Translations under genes and position numbers: made by a program
Notes under the pieces: model-generated
Database searches by the model: none
Seen by the model: the letters and a program-made list of their open reading frames with translations, nothing else
What the model was told of the DNA's origin: nothing
From: Paragordius varius
Taxonomy: Eukaryota > Animalia > Nematomorpha
Assembly (NCBI GenBank): GCA_964247055.1
Contig: OZ176055.1
Location: forward strand, 5,394,001-5,458,000
DNA: 64,000 nucleotides
Direction: 5' to 3'
Shown: positions 49,301-63,100 of the stretch, one piece after another
How positions within the stretch are numbered: position 1 is the first letter of the stretch
How the letters are laid out: each line of letters starts with the position of its first letter

Positions 49301-49353
49301 CTTTAAAATAATAATAAACTTACAAATTTTCTGGACGTGTTTTTAACATCCAT
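46337..49353 (-). CDS. SLC30A6: Cation diffusion facilitator, ZnT6-like Golgi zinc transporter
   Basis: Exons 49324-49353; 49173-49300 (TNSLAIKAFTHLILFD); 49078-49143; from 49053 down (YDRFEILSVFVSVVLAQ); ~47760-48030 (DPFNLL); ~46735-46960 (TMYPIARTMGKILLQT...TLDGVLEICHEHFW); and 46337-~46457 (GSLKVR...DANEQLVAAHVTDKL...LTIQIVKD*). All are co-linear with ZnT6. Confidence 0.88.
48490..48710. mobile_element. Partial copy of the piggyBac-like MITE module in an SLC30A6 intron
   Basis: One ~240-bp module ending ...ggggtatttagataccacaatttaatcaaagtg|TTAA. Confidence 0.65.
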
Positions 49354-49425
49354 CAATGATCCTTGCTCATGCGGTTAATCTATCCAGAAATAACTTAATG
49401 ATATTCGGTCCATGTGTTTTATTTT

Positions 49426-52400
49426 ATGAAACACATTTTGGTTAGGGAAAAATCTGAGATTTATTTTATAACGCCCTATAAAATCCATCGCTTAAAATGG
49501 ATTATAACTCATATTCTAATATTCATAACTTGCGGTATATTAAAACTTTGGTTTTATTGGAAACCACATTGGGCGTTATATTTTATGTATACCCGTCAAG
49601 ACAAAATCGAAAATTGTACGCATCTTTTGATTAATAAGCATGGGAAAAAATATGTTTGCAAATTATACAAATTTGATTCAAGAGAAAATACTCAGTTATA
49701 TACTCCTCAGGAATCATTTCGCTTTACGCCTGAAAAATTGATATATCTTATTCGATTTGATGACAATATATATTTTTATGATTTCCAAGCCACGACATTT
49801 ATTAATGTTACATGCCTTTATGATAACATTCCAATTAATACTTTAATCAATTCTAAATGCCTTACAAATGCAGAGGTCAATGCAAGAAGCGTAATTTTTG
49901 GACATAACCTAATTGAATCCAAAGTTTGGCCTCTGTGGAAAATTATATTTTTGGAGGTTTTGACACCTTTTAATATTTTTCAAGCATTTAGTATAATATT
50001 ATGGTACAATGATGAATATGAATTATATGCCACATGTATATTTATCATAACTTTAATCTCAATCATCATTGCAAGTTATCAAATTAAACTAGATCAAATA
50101 AATCTCCAAAAATTATCTTGCGCAACTGGTATGATAGATGTCATTAGAAGGTTTGATAAAGACTGTTTTAAACGAATCGATTCAACTGAATTAGTTGTAG
50201 GGGATATTGTAAAGGTGTCTTGCTCCAATGTACCATTAACTTGTGATATGATATTACTCAATGGCAGTTGCATAGTTAATGAATCTATGTTGACCGGGGA
50301 ATCAAAGCCTGTTATTAAAACTCCGATACCTACCGATATGAGCGCTTCTTGTTACTTTAATGAAATGCATCATAATCAACACATTTTATACTGTGGCACA
50401 CGCGTCATTGAAACGCGAATTCATGGCTCCGACTATGTCAAAGCTCTAGTATTCCGCACCGGATATTACACAACAAAGGGATGTATCATAAAAACGCTAA
50501 AGGACAAAACCTGTGCTGTAAAGTTTGAATTTGAACGGGATTGCTATAAATTTATATGGTGTATGTTTGGGATTGCTTTGATTGGATTTTGTTATACAAT
50601 AACCCTTAAGGTATTGGCTCATGTGACATTTCTAAAGATATTTCTTAGGGCACTTGACATAATTACTATTGTTGTTCCTCCAACCCTGCCTGCAGCCCTT
50701 TCTATAGGCATAATTTATGCGCATAAAAGACTTAAGAAGTATGGCATAAATTGCCTTATACCAACTCGTATCAATATAGCTGGGTGTATTAATACAATTT
50801 GTTTCGATAAAACGGGCACTCTTACACAACAAGGTTTAACAATAAAGACTATTTTGATTAATGAACCGCCTGATTTGTATAAACGTCAAGCTACTGAAAA
50901 CTGTGCCAAATTTAGTTGTGCCACATTTAATGATAAAGATTTTTTTATAAATAGGCAGCGATTAAAGAAATTATCAAAGCAATGCACACATTCTCGGTAT
51001 TTTATTAAGTGTATGGCTACTTGTCATTCTTTAAGTTATATGAGACGTAATGATAATCCCTTGGAGGCAAAAAATGTGTTACTTGGCGATCCATTTGAAA
51101 TTCAAATGTTTGAATACACAGAATATCAACTTTTTTATGTGGGCGACCAATGTGGACGCTATGATAATTCATGTGCAATCAGCGAACAATATGACAAGTA
51201 TACATCTACTATAGAATATATAAATTATTTTTGACACATGGATGGTAAAAAAATTAACATGTCAGAATAAAAATAGGAATTAACAAAAGGATGTTTTGGA
51301 TGTGGTAAACAAATATAGGATATGTCGTACATATTTTTTTTATTCTATATGTAGAATAATAATATAAACCAATTTTTAAAATTAAAAGTAAAATATAAGA
51401 AAGAACAATTTTGAGTTGCGAACATAAAAATTTGAATGTATGGACTTAATCATTAGAGATGACTTTCTATATTTTAAATATTTTTTATCTTTTTCATTCG
51501 TGAAGTCTTTGGTGATGACTAATGCCATAAATCATTTTCTCAAACTTTTTGATTTTTATTCCATCAATGTTCTAAAAACATTTTTATATCTCTTTTAAGA
51601 TACATTTATTCTCATCTGGTGGTTTGGCCTATAAAAATTTGGCACACTCGTAGGAAACCCAAGGAATCTTAATTATTTTTTTATTATATATAAAGGAGTT
51701 TAGTTTTGAACCAGGTTGAAAACCCACCCCAATGTTTTAAAATATGACCAATGCGATCACTTAAATTTCGTACACAAGGGAATGAATTAAATATAGTTTT
51801 ATACCTGTGGTATTTATGTTTTAAATCATTCCGCTAATGAATAATGATACGTTTTATGTAATTAAATATTTGAATGATAGGAAAAATTAGACAACCTGGT
51901 CGGATTACTTGTATATCTAAAAACGGCAATTAATTATTGTTTACATATTAAACAGCAGTATATGGCCATATCGACCGGGAATTTTTTTGGTGTCATCCCA
52001 TAATTAGATATGTGTTAATGTACAAATTCCATTATGCTAAAATTGAGAAAACCGGTTAACTAGAAAAAGTTGTGTTGACACAAATTTAATTAAATACGAC
52101 CGATTATTTAGCTACATAGCCCTTTTTTAGCAGATTCATATGCGAAGGTTTGTAAAGCTATAGTGCTCAATTTTGCCTTAAAACAAAATTTTTTAACCGT
52201 TATGTCGACGATTTATATGATGACAGTTCTACCTTTTAAAAATGGGTATTCCAATACTTTTAATTTATATTTGAGAATTGAATATGAAAACAATCGTTTT
52301 AAATGTGCTGGATAACTAAAATGTTATTATATTTTGATCAAGCCTACACATTCAAATATAGTATATTTGCATAAAATTACCATTATTCTTCATAAAAATG

Positions 52401-55136
52401 TTTTAAAACATAAAATTTACCACGGGTATATATATTGATAATAATATATGCAAAAACACTATTACATGTTTTGAAATTAGTAGCTATTCTATGCAAAACT
52501 GTTTAGATACATGTTAGGTTTGGTCAAAAATCAAACTGATGATGAAATAGCGATTATGCGGCAACTGCCTTTCCAGCCCTCCTTACAACGCATGAGTGTA
52601 ATAACGCGTGAATTGCAAGATGGTCATTATAATGTTTACGTTAAAGGTGCGCCAGAAACCATTAAACAATTGTGTGATCCATTGAGTATTCCCGTCGATT
52701 TCGATTCATATCTTACGCATTATGCCTTACAGGGCTTTAGGGTTTTAGCACTAGCTTACAAATTGCTTCCAGACACATTAACATGGGCCAAAATCAACAC
52801 GCTCGATCGATCTCATGTAATAAATGTTTTTAATGACTCCGCATTTATATTTTTCCCTCTTTACCCTAAATAATAAAGATTTAACTTAATTTTTACTAAA
52901 TTCATTTTTAATTTTATATTTCAATATATCTTTAGCTTGAAATAGATCTAACCTTTTTGGGTTTCGTAATTTTTGAGAACAAATTAAAACCAGGGAGCAA
53001 AGAAACGATAACATTCCTTAAGAATAAAGCGAATATCCCTCTTTATATGGTTTCTGGTGATAATATTCTCACTTCCATATACACTGCTACCGAATGTGGA
53101 TTCATCAATCCAAATAATAAATTGTGTGAATTAGAAGAATACATGTTATCAAAACTTTGTGCGCCGTTTTACGCCTTAAAAGATGTCCAACAAAAATGCA
53201 ATTACTTTACCAATGGATATAATTTTAATGAAACAACTATCTCTCTTTACTTTGCAATTAGTGGTTCTCTTTATGAAAAATATTTAATGATTGATGACGC
53301 AGCGGATACGAGCATCTTCATTAAAAGCAAAAACCAAACTATAACGGAAGAATTTTATGTGAGACAAAGTTGCCTAAAATTTTTAATTATGAATAATCGT
53401 ATTGTTGTATTTGCACGTATGAAACCCAATGCAAAAGCTCATCTTATATCTTTATTAACAAACATGGAATATGAAAATTCTTCCACAAGGTATGTAATGA
53501 TGTGTGGAGATGGGGCAAATGATAGTTTGGCACTAAAGGCAGCACATGTTGGAGTAGCTTTAATATCCTTACCCAACAATGATAACAATTATAAATTTCA
53601 TTATCATTCAAACAATATTCTTTATAAATGCTTATCCAAATACTTCTCTAAAAGTAAAACATGTGCCAAATATCTCTTGAATAACTCAAAAACACATGAA
53701 ATAAAAAATCTTTCAACCAACGATCAAAAGGAAGATAGCGTATGTTTAATGGCACCATTTATAGTTCAATCTCAGAGCATTGCTTGTATCCTACATCTTA
53801 TAAGGGAAGGGAAGGCGTCTCTGGCTACCACTTTTGGTATATTTCAATTCATGGCAGTTACAAGTTTCGTTCAATTTTCTGCCGTGTTAATTATGCACTG
53901 GAACGGAGCCAATTATAGTGACCCCCAATTTATATACATAGATTTGCTAACAATAACTATTATTGCCGTTCTTTTTGGTAGGGCTGGTCCGTCCTCTACC
54001 ACATCCGGACAAGAAGAACTACCATTTAGCTTAAAAAAACCTATGATCTCTTTAGTTAATAAAAGTGTACTTCTTTCTGTCATTTGTCACACAATTTCAC
54101 ACATACTTATGCTAAGTCTAACCTTTAAATATGTTACCAATCAAAAATGGTATATACCCTACAAGCCGGATGAGGATCCCGATGAAAAATACTTATCCCA
54201 CGAGGTCACGGCAATTTTCATTGTATCACTTTTCCAATATATTTTTATCGCCATTACATTTTATCTATCGTCTGCTAATACGTTTCGGGCTTCCCTTTGG
54301 AATTGGCGAAAAAATACACTCTTTCTCGGGACACTTATATTTATAATAGGTTATTTTTTATCTACAAGATTTTAATTAAGCCTTAATTGATTTTTTTAAA
54401 AATATAAAATTTTAGATTGTTGGCCTGACTCCAATTTTTTATTTCCCATTTAATAAATGGTCATAGAACAACTTTAATGAAAATTATTACTGTTTTTAAA
54501 TTTTGATATTTTATTGGGAAAGTCCAAAACCAATAAAAGCAGTGATAGGTTATTAAAAGGTTATTATTTACGTAATTTTACCTACAAAACTAAAAATTAA
54601 TAAATTGATGTAAAAAATAAATGTTGCACAAAAATTTAATATTAATGATATTTTTCTAAAACAATTTTAATAATGGGTAAATACGTTTTCCTAAAGTTGC
54701 CTTAGTTTTGTTTTTTAGTTGAACTAAGATGAGAGCTTGAATTTATTTATTTTCTCATAAAAAATTTTAAATAAAAATATTATTTGGATTGATAAATTAT
54801 CATAAACAATATTTGGTAACCGACTTGCAATAAATACATTTATATAGAGTCTGGAGGTAAAGCACAAAATATAAGGAAATTTATAAACTAAATAAGATAT
54901 GTGCTAAGTTTAATTTTATTATTTAAAAAACTTTATACAAAAAATATTATTTTTTAGTTATGGCGATTTTGTTATGCCTTGGTGTTTTTCCCTCATCATA
55001 TTACAACTTTTGGATCCTTTTACTGCCACCAAATCTGTCGTCAAGACTGGTCTTGCTTGCCATTATTTTTTGTGATTTATGCTTAGCGATTGCAATAGAA
55101 TATATCATAGCCAAATATATTAGTCAATCAAATTAA
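49426..55136 (+). CDS. P5B-type ATPase (ATP13A2/3-like, putative polyamine transporter)
   Basis: Exons 49426-51197, 52507-52816, 52936-54349 and 54958-55136, all phases compatible. Motifs: LTGES, PPTLP, DKTGTLT, KGAPE, GDNILT, CGDGAND, LIREGKASL, QFIYIDL. The family is clear (ATP13A); the paralogue cannot be assigned. Confidence 0.93.
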
Positions 55137-55818
55137 AATACTCTTGTTTTATCTATATTAGTTTTTATATTGATTTTTATTCATTTTTAATTTTTGATAT
55201 TAATAAATAATTATATAATTTGTACAAATAAAAACGATTTAATGTTATATGTATACACTCAACATTCTAATGGGACCCTATACGTGATATAATTAGCAAT
55301 TGTTTTTGTTCATTTATTTTGACCTTATGGTTTGATGCTCATATTATTATCCTGCAATCATCATTTACACATTTATATATAGTTAATTTTTTATACATCA
55401 ATCAAATTCCTAATCATGTGCTCCTGTTATAAATCATTTTTCTAGGGTGATTTTATTTGATATACATGTATTATCAATTAAATAAATTTATTATATAAAC
55501 ATTTGGGGAATAGTAACATTTACAATGTTTGCCAGACCACTTTGAAGTTTAATTGCCAAATTGATTATTTTTTCATAATCAGAATATGATTAAATATAAT
55601 TGATTTAAGAATATGAGATTGGATGTTTATAGGTTGCATTGAGTAAGACGTGATAAAACATTAAATATAGAAAGATATCTAAATTTCGGGTATAGTAAAT
55701 TTAGGCTCGAATATTTGACTAATAAACAATGATATTATTACTATATAAAATAATTTGTGATCTTTAAATTGATACACTATAAAAATTGAAATTATAATAG
55801 ACAAAACGTAAAAAAGAA

Positions 55819-57740
55819 TCTATATATTTATAAAAATGGAAAATGCTGGCTTTGTGATCTGTTTCCGGAAAACCGGTAGACCGATTCAAATCCAAATTTC
55901 GAAAAAAATATAATTAATGAATGCCTCGACAATAACTTCCCCTTTTTTTAAAGTAGGCCACCAGTTCGGGCCACCCTGTGAAAAAACGTTTTTTTTGAAA
56001 ACAAGTCCACAAAAATCGTGTTTTTGAGACAATTTTCCGGAAAACGTGTTGGACCATTCGATTTAAAATATGATTTTTTTACTTATTTTCGATTGCACCG
56101 AACATATTCGGCTCGCTTTTTTAATTTAGGCCCTCTTTTTACCCGCTCCCCCCGTAAAATTTATTTTTTTTTCAAAAAACCAAGTTTACAAAAATAATTT
56201 TTTAAATCTATTTTTTGCCCAAGGTATGAGACTGTAAAAAGTCAATGTGGATTCCAGGTATTCCCTGTTAAAAGGCAAAAATTTTAGTCGTGCGGTTTTT
56301 TATATTGGCCGCTGGGTAAGGAGATACCCGATCGAAATAGCGTGCCTTTGGGGCTAAATTTCAAAAAAATCTATCATGCCATATGAGTTCAATTGGTGCT
56401 TAAAATATTACCCGTAACAAGACAAAAATAGATCGTGCGGTTTTTTAAATTAGCCGTTAATTGGGCCCTTCACGCCCTGTGCGCCACGATAGAATGATTT
56501 TTTAATTTTGATGCAATTTTTCCAAAAACCAATGAGAGCATATGGAATCATTCATGATTCCAGGTATTTTCGGTAAAAAGGCAAAAATTTTAATCAAGCG
56601 CTTTTTTGTATCAGCTGGGTAGGGAGATACCCGCCTAAAACTGCGCCACCATATCGAAAATGCGCTGTTTAGAAATTAATTATCAGAAAACTTATCAAGC
56701 CACATAAGTTTGGGCCTGAAATAATACCCGTAAAAAGGCAAAAATTTAAGTCGAGGGGATTTTTTAAATTAGCGGTTAAATAGACCCTTTACGCCCTATA
56801 AAATGCGCTATCATTGAACTATTATTTAGTTTTGAAGCCATTCTTCCATAAACTATTAAGAACATATGGAATAAATGATGATTCCAGGTATTCCCGTATA
56901 AAGGCAAATTTTTTTTATCTAACTACATTTTTATATTGGTTTCTGAGTAGGGGGCTACCCGCCTACAACTCTGCACCATATCGATACAGTCTGACTTTGG
57001 AGGCCAATTTTAGAAAACTTCTCAGGCCATATGAGTTCCATAAGGGCTTGAAATACCGTAAAAAGGCAAAACTTTAAGTAGAGTGGTTTTATTAAATTAC
57101 CCCTTAATTAGGCCCCCGCTTTGAAAAATGTGCCACTATAGAATTACTTACTGGTTTTGAGGCAATTTTTCGAAAATCCCACGAGAGCATATGGAATCAG
57201 TCATGATTCCAGGTGTTACCCGAATTAAGGAAAAAAATTTAATCCAGCGTTTTTACCCGCATAAAACCTGCAACACCATATCGATACAGCATGCCTTTGG
57301 AGACAAATTTTACCTATGTGTCTAATAGGAACATATAGAATCCATGATAATTCCAGATATTCCCCAAATAAAGACAAAAATTTTGCCCAACGCTTTTTTT
57401 ACCCCCTGGGTAAGGAGCTACCCGCCAAAAACTGCGCCACTATATAGAAATTGCGTTGTTTTAGAACTAATTCACAGAAAATTTATGAAACCATATGAGT
57501 TCTCATTAAAAGATTGAAATATTACCCGATTAGATAAAAATTAAAGTCGGATTTTTCAATCAGCCGTTAATTTGGCGCCTTTATGCCTCTAAAAATACGG
57601 CATCACATTGAGGTATTTTTCGATAACCCCATGAGACGATGGTATCAAAGATGATTCCAAATATTTTCCCTATAAAGGCAAATAATTTAACTCAACGCTT
57701 TTTTATATAGGTCTATGGGTAGGAGTCTACCGGTTTATAA
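55819..57740 (+). mobile_element. Helitron-like element carrying an internal degenerate tandem array (~310-325 bp period)
   Basis: 5' end A|TCTATATATTTATAAAAATGG is shared with 24850-25242. The motif atgattccagg recurs at ~56246, 56554, 56879, 57203 and 57651, with half-unit similarity (cccgtaaaaaggcaaaaatt). The 3' CTRR end was not resolved. Confidence 0.55.
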
Positions 57741-60133
57741 CTGATTAAGAAGACATACGAGTCAGTTAAACACATTTCTGGCGAATTTGTATATCATTCT
57801 TTCCTTACAAAAGGGACCAAAAAGTTACTTTTTATATCCCTTGATCCCAGCTGTTTGAACACAATTTCGAAATAAAACTTTTAAACATAATTTCGTAAAA
57901 CGAAAAATATAAATTAAATCCAATGATAGTTGTATATTAACTTTCATAAGGGACAGCTTAAATATGGTCAAGTTCGAATAAACAATATTTGAGCCTATGC
58001 AAAAACCCGTAAAAGAATAATAAAGACATTTTTTATTTGATTTGTTTTTCATTATTTTATCTCCATTACCTCTATTTATTGAAAATTGTTAAGAATAATT
58101 ATTGGTGAGACTACGTCTTAGCGAAGATATAAAAAAGACAGCAATACTTAATCAAACCTTAATTTATTCAATTTAATTTCTTTTGACGAAATTTGGAATA
58201 AAGATGTAAATTGGTTGCCAACTCAACTATATATTTCAGAATTGTAATCATTAGGTGACACAAAAACTAAGGTTTAAAATGTATAGTGTCTCCATAAAAA
58301 AATTGTCTTTACTGTAAGTTCTCTAAAAGCGAATGTGGTATCGGTTTTTTAATACTTTTCATTTCATGCTAAAACATCTTGGTATCATTAAACAAGGGTT
58401 GCTACTATGAAACTGTTTAATCGGACTATTTACAAAATGCAAAGCAATATTTTATTTTTTTTGATGTGGGATCCGAAAGTCAAATTTATATGGCATCTAA
58501 AATGGGCTTATGTGTTAAAAATAAACTGATATTGGGAAGATTGTATGATAAAAATTTTCAATATATGCTAGATTATAACGTCAAAGTTTTTTTGTATAAA
58601 TGCATACTTTTTTTAAAAAAATTTAACTTTGGCAAAATTAAGTTGAAGCGTAATGTATGGTATTTCAAAGCATTGTGGAAACGATAAATGACATCTTATG
58701 GTATTATTAAAATAATTTTTTACATAAATGATGATGGTCAACATTATCTTAAATATTTGGTTAAATATAAGTTTGTCTTCAAATTTTAATATATTTTTAG
58801 TGAAAACGCAATATATGTCTGACTTGTGTTTGAAGACGGATGATGCTATTTATAAATCTGATGCTGTATATATTGCGTTTTCACAAAAATATATTAAAAT
58901 TTGATATGGAAAAAAAGTTTTTTAAATGCGCTTTTATAACGTTTACAACATGGTCAAAATATCATGAATTCGCTTCATTCATTTTGCAAAAATTGAAATT
59001 ATAAATAAATCCATTATTTTTTGATCTCATAATCTAATTTATAATCAAAGCAATCTCGACTTTTTTGCGGTTATATTAAGAAGACTTGCCTATAACAAAT
59101 AATTGAGTTTCCCTATATGCTAATTATCAATATAAATATTGCTTTGCTTTTTATATATAATTATAATATATTGTAGCGAAATTATCGTAAATTTTGCCTT
59201 TTTTTGACACATAATAATTGCGACAAAAGTGGTGGTAACTATTTCAAATAATTTAAAGCCGATTTGATAATCTTGATATTTATCAGAAAAAATATGTTTC
59301 ATTAGGATTGTTTTGTGTGCGTTGTGGATACGGCCTTCTTACTGGTATGAAAAAAATTAAACTGAAAATAATATTTTTAACCCAGAAAAATGATGCGATT
59401 CCAATTTTACAATAATCTAAAAACAATTTAGGTGGTTTACGTCATTGAATAACGAAGAAAGATTTAACACACTCTATTTTATTTTTATTTTCATACACGA
59501 TGATATTTTGGGGTGTTTAACCCAGATCTTAAGGTCAATAAAGTTCTTTTTGAAAAATCGTTTGAATTTAATTACCAAAACCAATCTTCTTCTGGCTCAG
59601 ATAAAAAATTTATAATATATCAGTTTTTTTAACCTCTAAAGTCCCGAATTAACATGATTGAAGCAAACAGCTTAAAATTATATCAAAAATTGTGAAGTGC
59701 TTTTTGTAAGCTCTCCTAAGTTATTAATAAACCATAATGTATGTTTGCCTGATTTATTGATTAAAAAAAATATTATGGAAAAAGTTTGACAAAATTTTAA
59801 AAAAAAATATTTATTCATACGCCTAAAAGGTTAAGAAATCATACCTATTTTGACCATTATTTTGATTTCAATTTTAAATGTCTTCTAGGTATAATACTAC
59901 CCAAATATGTTAAAAAATGCTTTAAACATTAGAAAGCTGAAGCCGGTTTTAGAAAACAATACAGAAAATTTAATTTCTTTGCCACATATAAAAAATTTTC
60001 ATCACTGATATATATGAATCACATGCGTTCACCTTTATAAATTTTAACCAACTGATTAATGGATGAAGTCTTAAATGATGTTTTTTGCAGGATTTGCCAA
60101 TAACTTTCCAAATAAACTTTAATAAATAAGAAT

Positions 60134-63100
60134 ATGTCTTTAACTCCTACAACGGGCGGATCGTCTTCCGACAAAACACCTCCATTTTTAGATAAAATTG
60201 ATCCTTTTAAAAAGGCTAAAAGAAAACAGAAAAAATCACAATCTTCTTCTCGCTATAATACCAGTACACATACTGAGCTAACTCCACTGCCTTTGTTTAA
60301 AAGTAAATTATGAGATATTATATTTTTTATTACGTGTCGAAATATTATGTAAATACTTTAATGCAGATACACCACCTAATGAACAAACCGATTTACTGAT
60401 AAAAAAATTGCAACAATGTTGTGTAGTGTTTGATTTTATGGATCCCATGTCTGACCTTAAAAGCAAAGAAGTCAAACGTGCGTGTCTAAATGAGCTCATT
60501 GAATACATTATGGTATCCAAGAAGAATATACCTGAACCAGTTTACGCTGAAGTGATTAAAATGGTAAATATTAATTTTTTAACTGCAAAAATTATTAGTT
60601 GTTAATATTTGATTGCATAATGGTATTGGGTCTAATTTACTTAAGTATAATAATCAATACTTACAATTTGATCCAATATTCGATTAAGCATTGTTTACCA
60701 CATTTTAATTACATTTTTTGTTATAAGTATCTCTCATTTATTAATTATTATTAATCTTCATTTTTTATCATTATTATCAGAACTATTTTTGACATTATTT
60801 CAATTTTAAAAGCGAATTCGTTTGGTAAAAAGTTAGACAAAATAATTATTTTTTTAATAACTTTTGATATTTTCACCATTTTTTTTGCTCCTTATTTTTT
60901 TACTATTGGTTTTAAATTTTTGCTATAAGTCGAGATTAAGCTAACGCCTTATGCATAATTAAAAGGTAATTACAGTGGATCACAATACTGACTCCTTCTC
61001 ATAATGACTTATTGATCATTAGGTAAAATTTAAAAGATTAAATAAATTAATTTTATATAATTTTTAAAAAGAGTTATGATGCTGATTTTATCCCAAAATG
61101 GGGGTCAAACTGAGTAGGAATGTCCACCGTACATTCAAATACATTAACTTGTTCTGTATGTTAAAATTTTATACCGGAAATTGTGTAAAAACGTGATGAG
61201 AATAGTCGTATTTCTGAACGTGTTTTTAGTATACGAATTATATTTACCAACACACTAGTGCACATTAAATTTACATTGGGAATCCGAATTTATATGTTTG
61301 TAAAAAATTAACTATTTTATTGTTGTTAAAAAAGAGTTAAAATAATTTATTTAGCTCTTTTTTCGAAAAAATCGATCTTTCAACACACCATATATGAAGT
61401 AGGTTTGATATAAATTTACATATAAAAATAATCACATAATAATTTAATGTAATCGATTTAAATGTATTTTAATTTTATTCTATGGTTTTAAAATTGATTT
61501 AGAATTAATAATACTAAATTTTGAGATTGTTTAGAAAAACTCACACTAATAGATACAAATTTTCGAGACATATTTGTCATTTTCCCAAAAAAATATTTAA
61601 ACAAAGTGTGTCAAAAGGTTTTCCTAGTAAATATTTTTTGTTTGGAATTTTACTTTATTCTGTGGTCATTCTTCGTGTTTTACGCGATTTATTATATAGT
61701 ACATTAAATCGATATTTATTATGTTGTTTCGTGCAACACACAGTTATAACCATAGCTTAAATTTTTAATTAAATTTTATTGTATGTTTCATTCATACATT
61801 TTAAAAGGAGCAAATTTTATATGTTGAAAAAAATTTAATTTGGGTTCAATATGTGCCAAATAGTCAAATTTGTAAAATATTATTCAACATTATATGATGC
61901 AGATGTATAAAATATTAGTATATATATTAAATTTTCAAAATCTAAACAAGCAGTTAATAGTTTAAATTATTATTTATCCTTTTATTAAACTAAGAAATTG
62001 ACTATTTTTATACCCATATTTCTTATTCTAAGTTTTTTTCTATGATTGTCATATGAGTTAGTGCATATTTTAAATAACCAGTGGAAGTTTATATCTTTAT
62101 TATTATTTTAAATCTCTCTTGGGCAAATATTACCATATAAGACTCCAAATCTAAAAGTTATTTAAGGTGGCGTAAAATGTAAATTTTTTAATTAAAAATA
62201 ATTTAGATTTAAATTTGTGTCATTTAAACCTGTTAAATATTTATAATAACCAATAAAAACTATAATATATCAGATCTTTCCCATTTCATCCGCTCTCATC
62301 AAAAACCTTAGATTTAAATTTTACTATAATCTCATAATTCTAACGCACCGATTAAATCATGATAATTATTTAATAAAAAATATTTTTTTTTCATTTTTTT
62401 AGGTTGAAACGAATATTTTTCGAACCCTTCCCCCCAGTGAAAATCAAGAATTTGATCCTGATGAAGATGACCCGGCTCAAGAGGCATCTTGGCCACACAT
62501 TCAAGTAGGCTCTTTTGAGTTTTTTTTATAAATTTTATTTATATTGAGTTTTTTTGTTAATTTTAGCTAAATATTAAATTGAATTTAATAATATTAGTCA
62601 AACAAATAAATCATATGTAATTCTCATAAAAAAAGCAAAAATTTTTAAATCATGCAATTATATTTTTCAATGGATCAAATAAAATAAAAGAACGATAAAA
62701 TAATTATTAATACATAAATTATACCTGTTTACAACATTTATATTTTTTATACTGTAAAAATCTAAATTGTAAAGTCAAACATAAAGCTTAATAATTTTTT
62801 AACAAGAATACTATATTTTTTGATCCTGAAATGTATATGATAACAATTGCAAAAGTTAAATGTCTTATATTAAATAATATCATTATTCCATTTATCCAAA
62901 CCTAAAAAATAAATTTTATTAATATCAAATTAATTAAGTCTTCTTTTTATGTTTTGTCCTTTTAAATTTATTTATACTGTAATTTATAGCTGGTGTACGA
63001 TTTTTTTCTCCGATTTTTGGAGTCACCAGATTTTCAGCCCACGATCGGGAAGAAATACATTGATCAAAAGTTTGTGTTGAGGGTGAGTTTTTAAAAATTT

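Noticed and set aside
43679-55136. PRCP, ZnT6 and ATP13A as a functional lysosomal/Golgi gene cluster or operon
   Set aside because: The genes lie on alternating strands, and adjacency of three endomembrane genes is plausible by chance without synteny evidence.
56814-57077. ORF 56814..57077 and ORF 25022..25246
   Set aside because: Both lie in non-coding repeat units; homologous units are not open in the same frame.
46798-60520. ORFs 46798..46986 (+), 48937..49134 (+), 50632..50832 (-), 54131..54346 (+) and 60308..60520 (-)
   Set aside because: Antisense or out-of-frame overlaps of SLC30A6, ATP13A and PPP2R5 exons.
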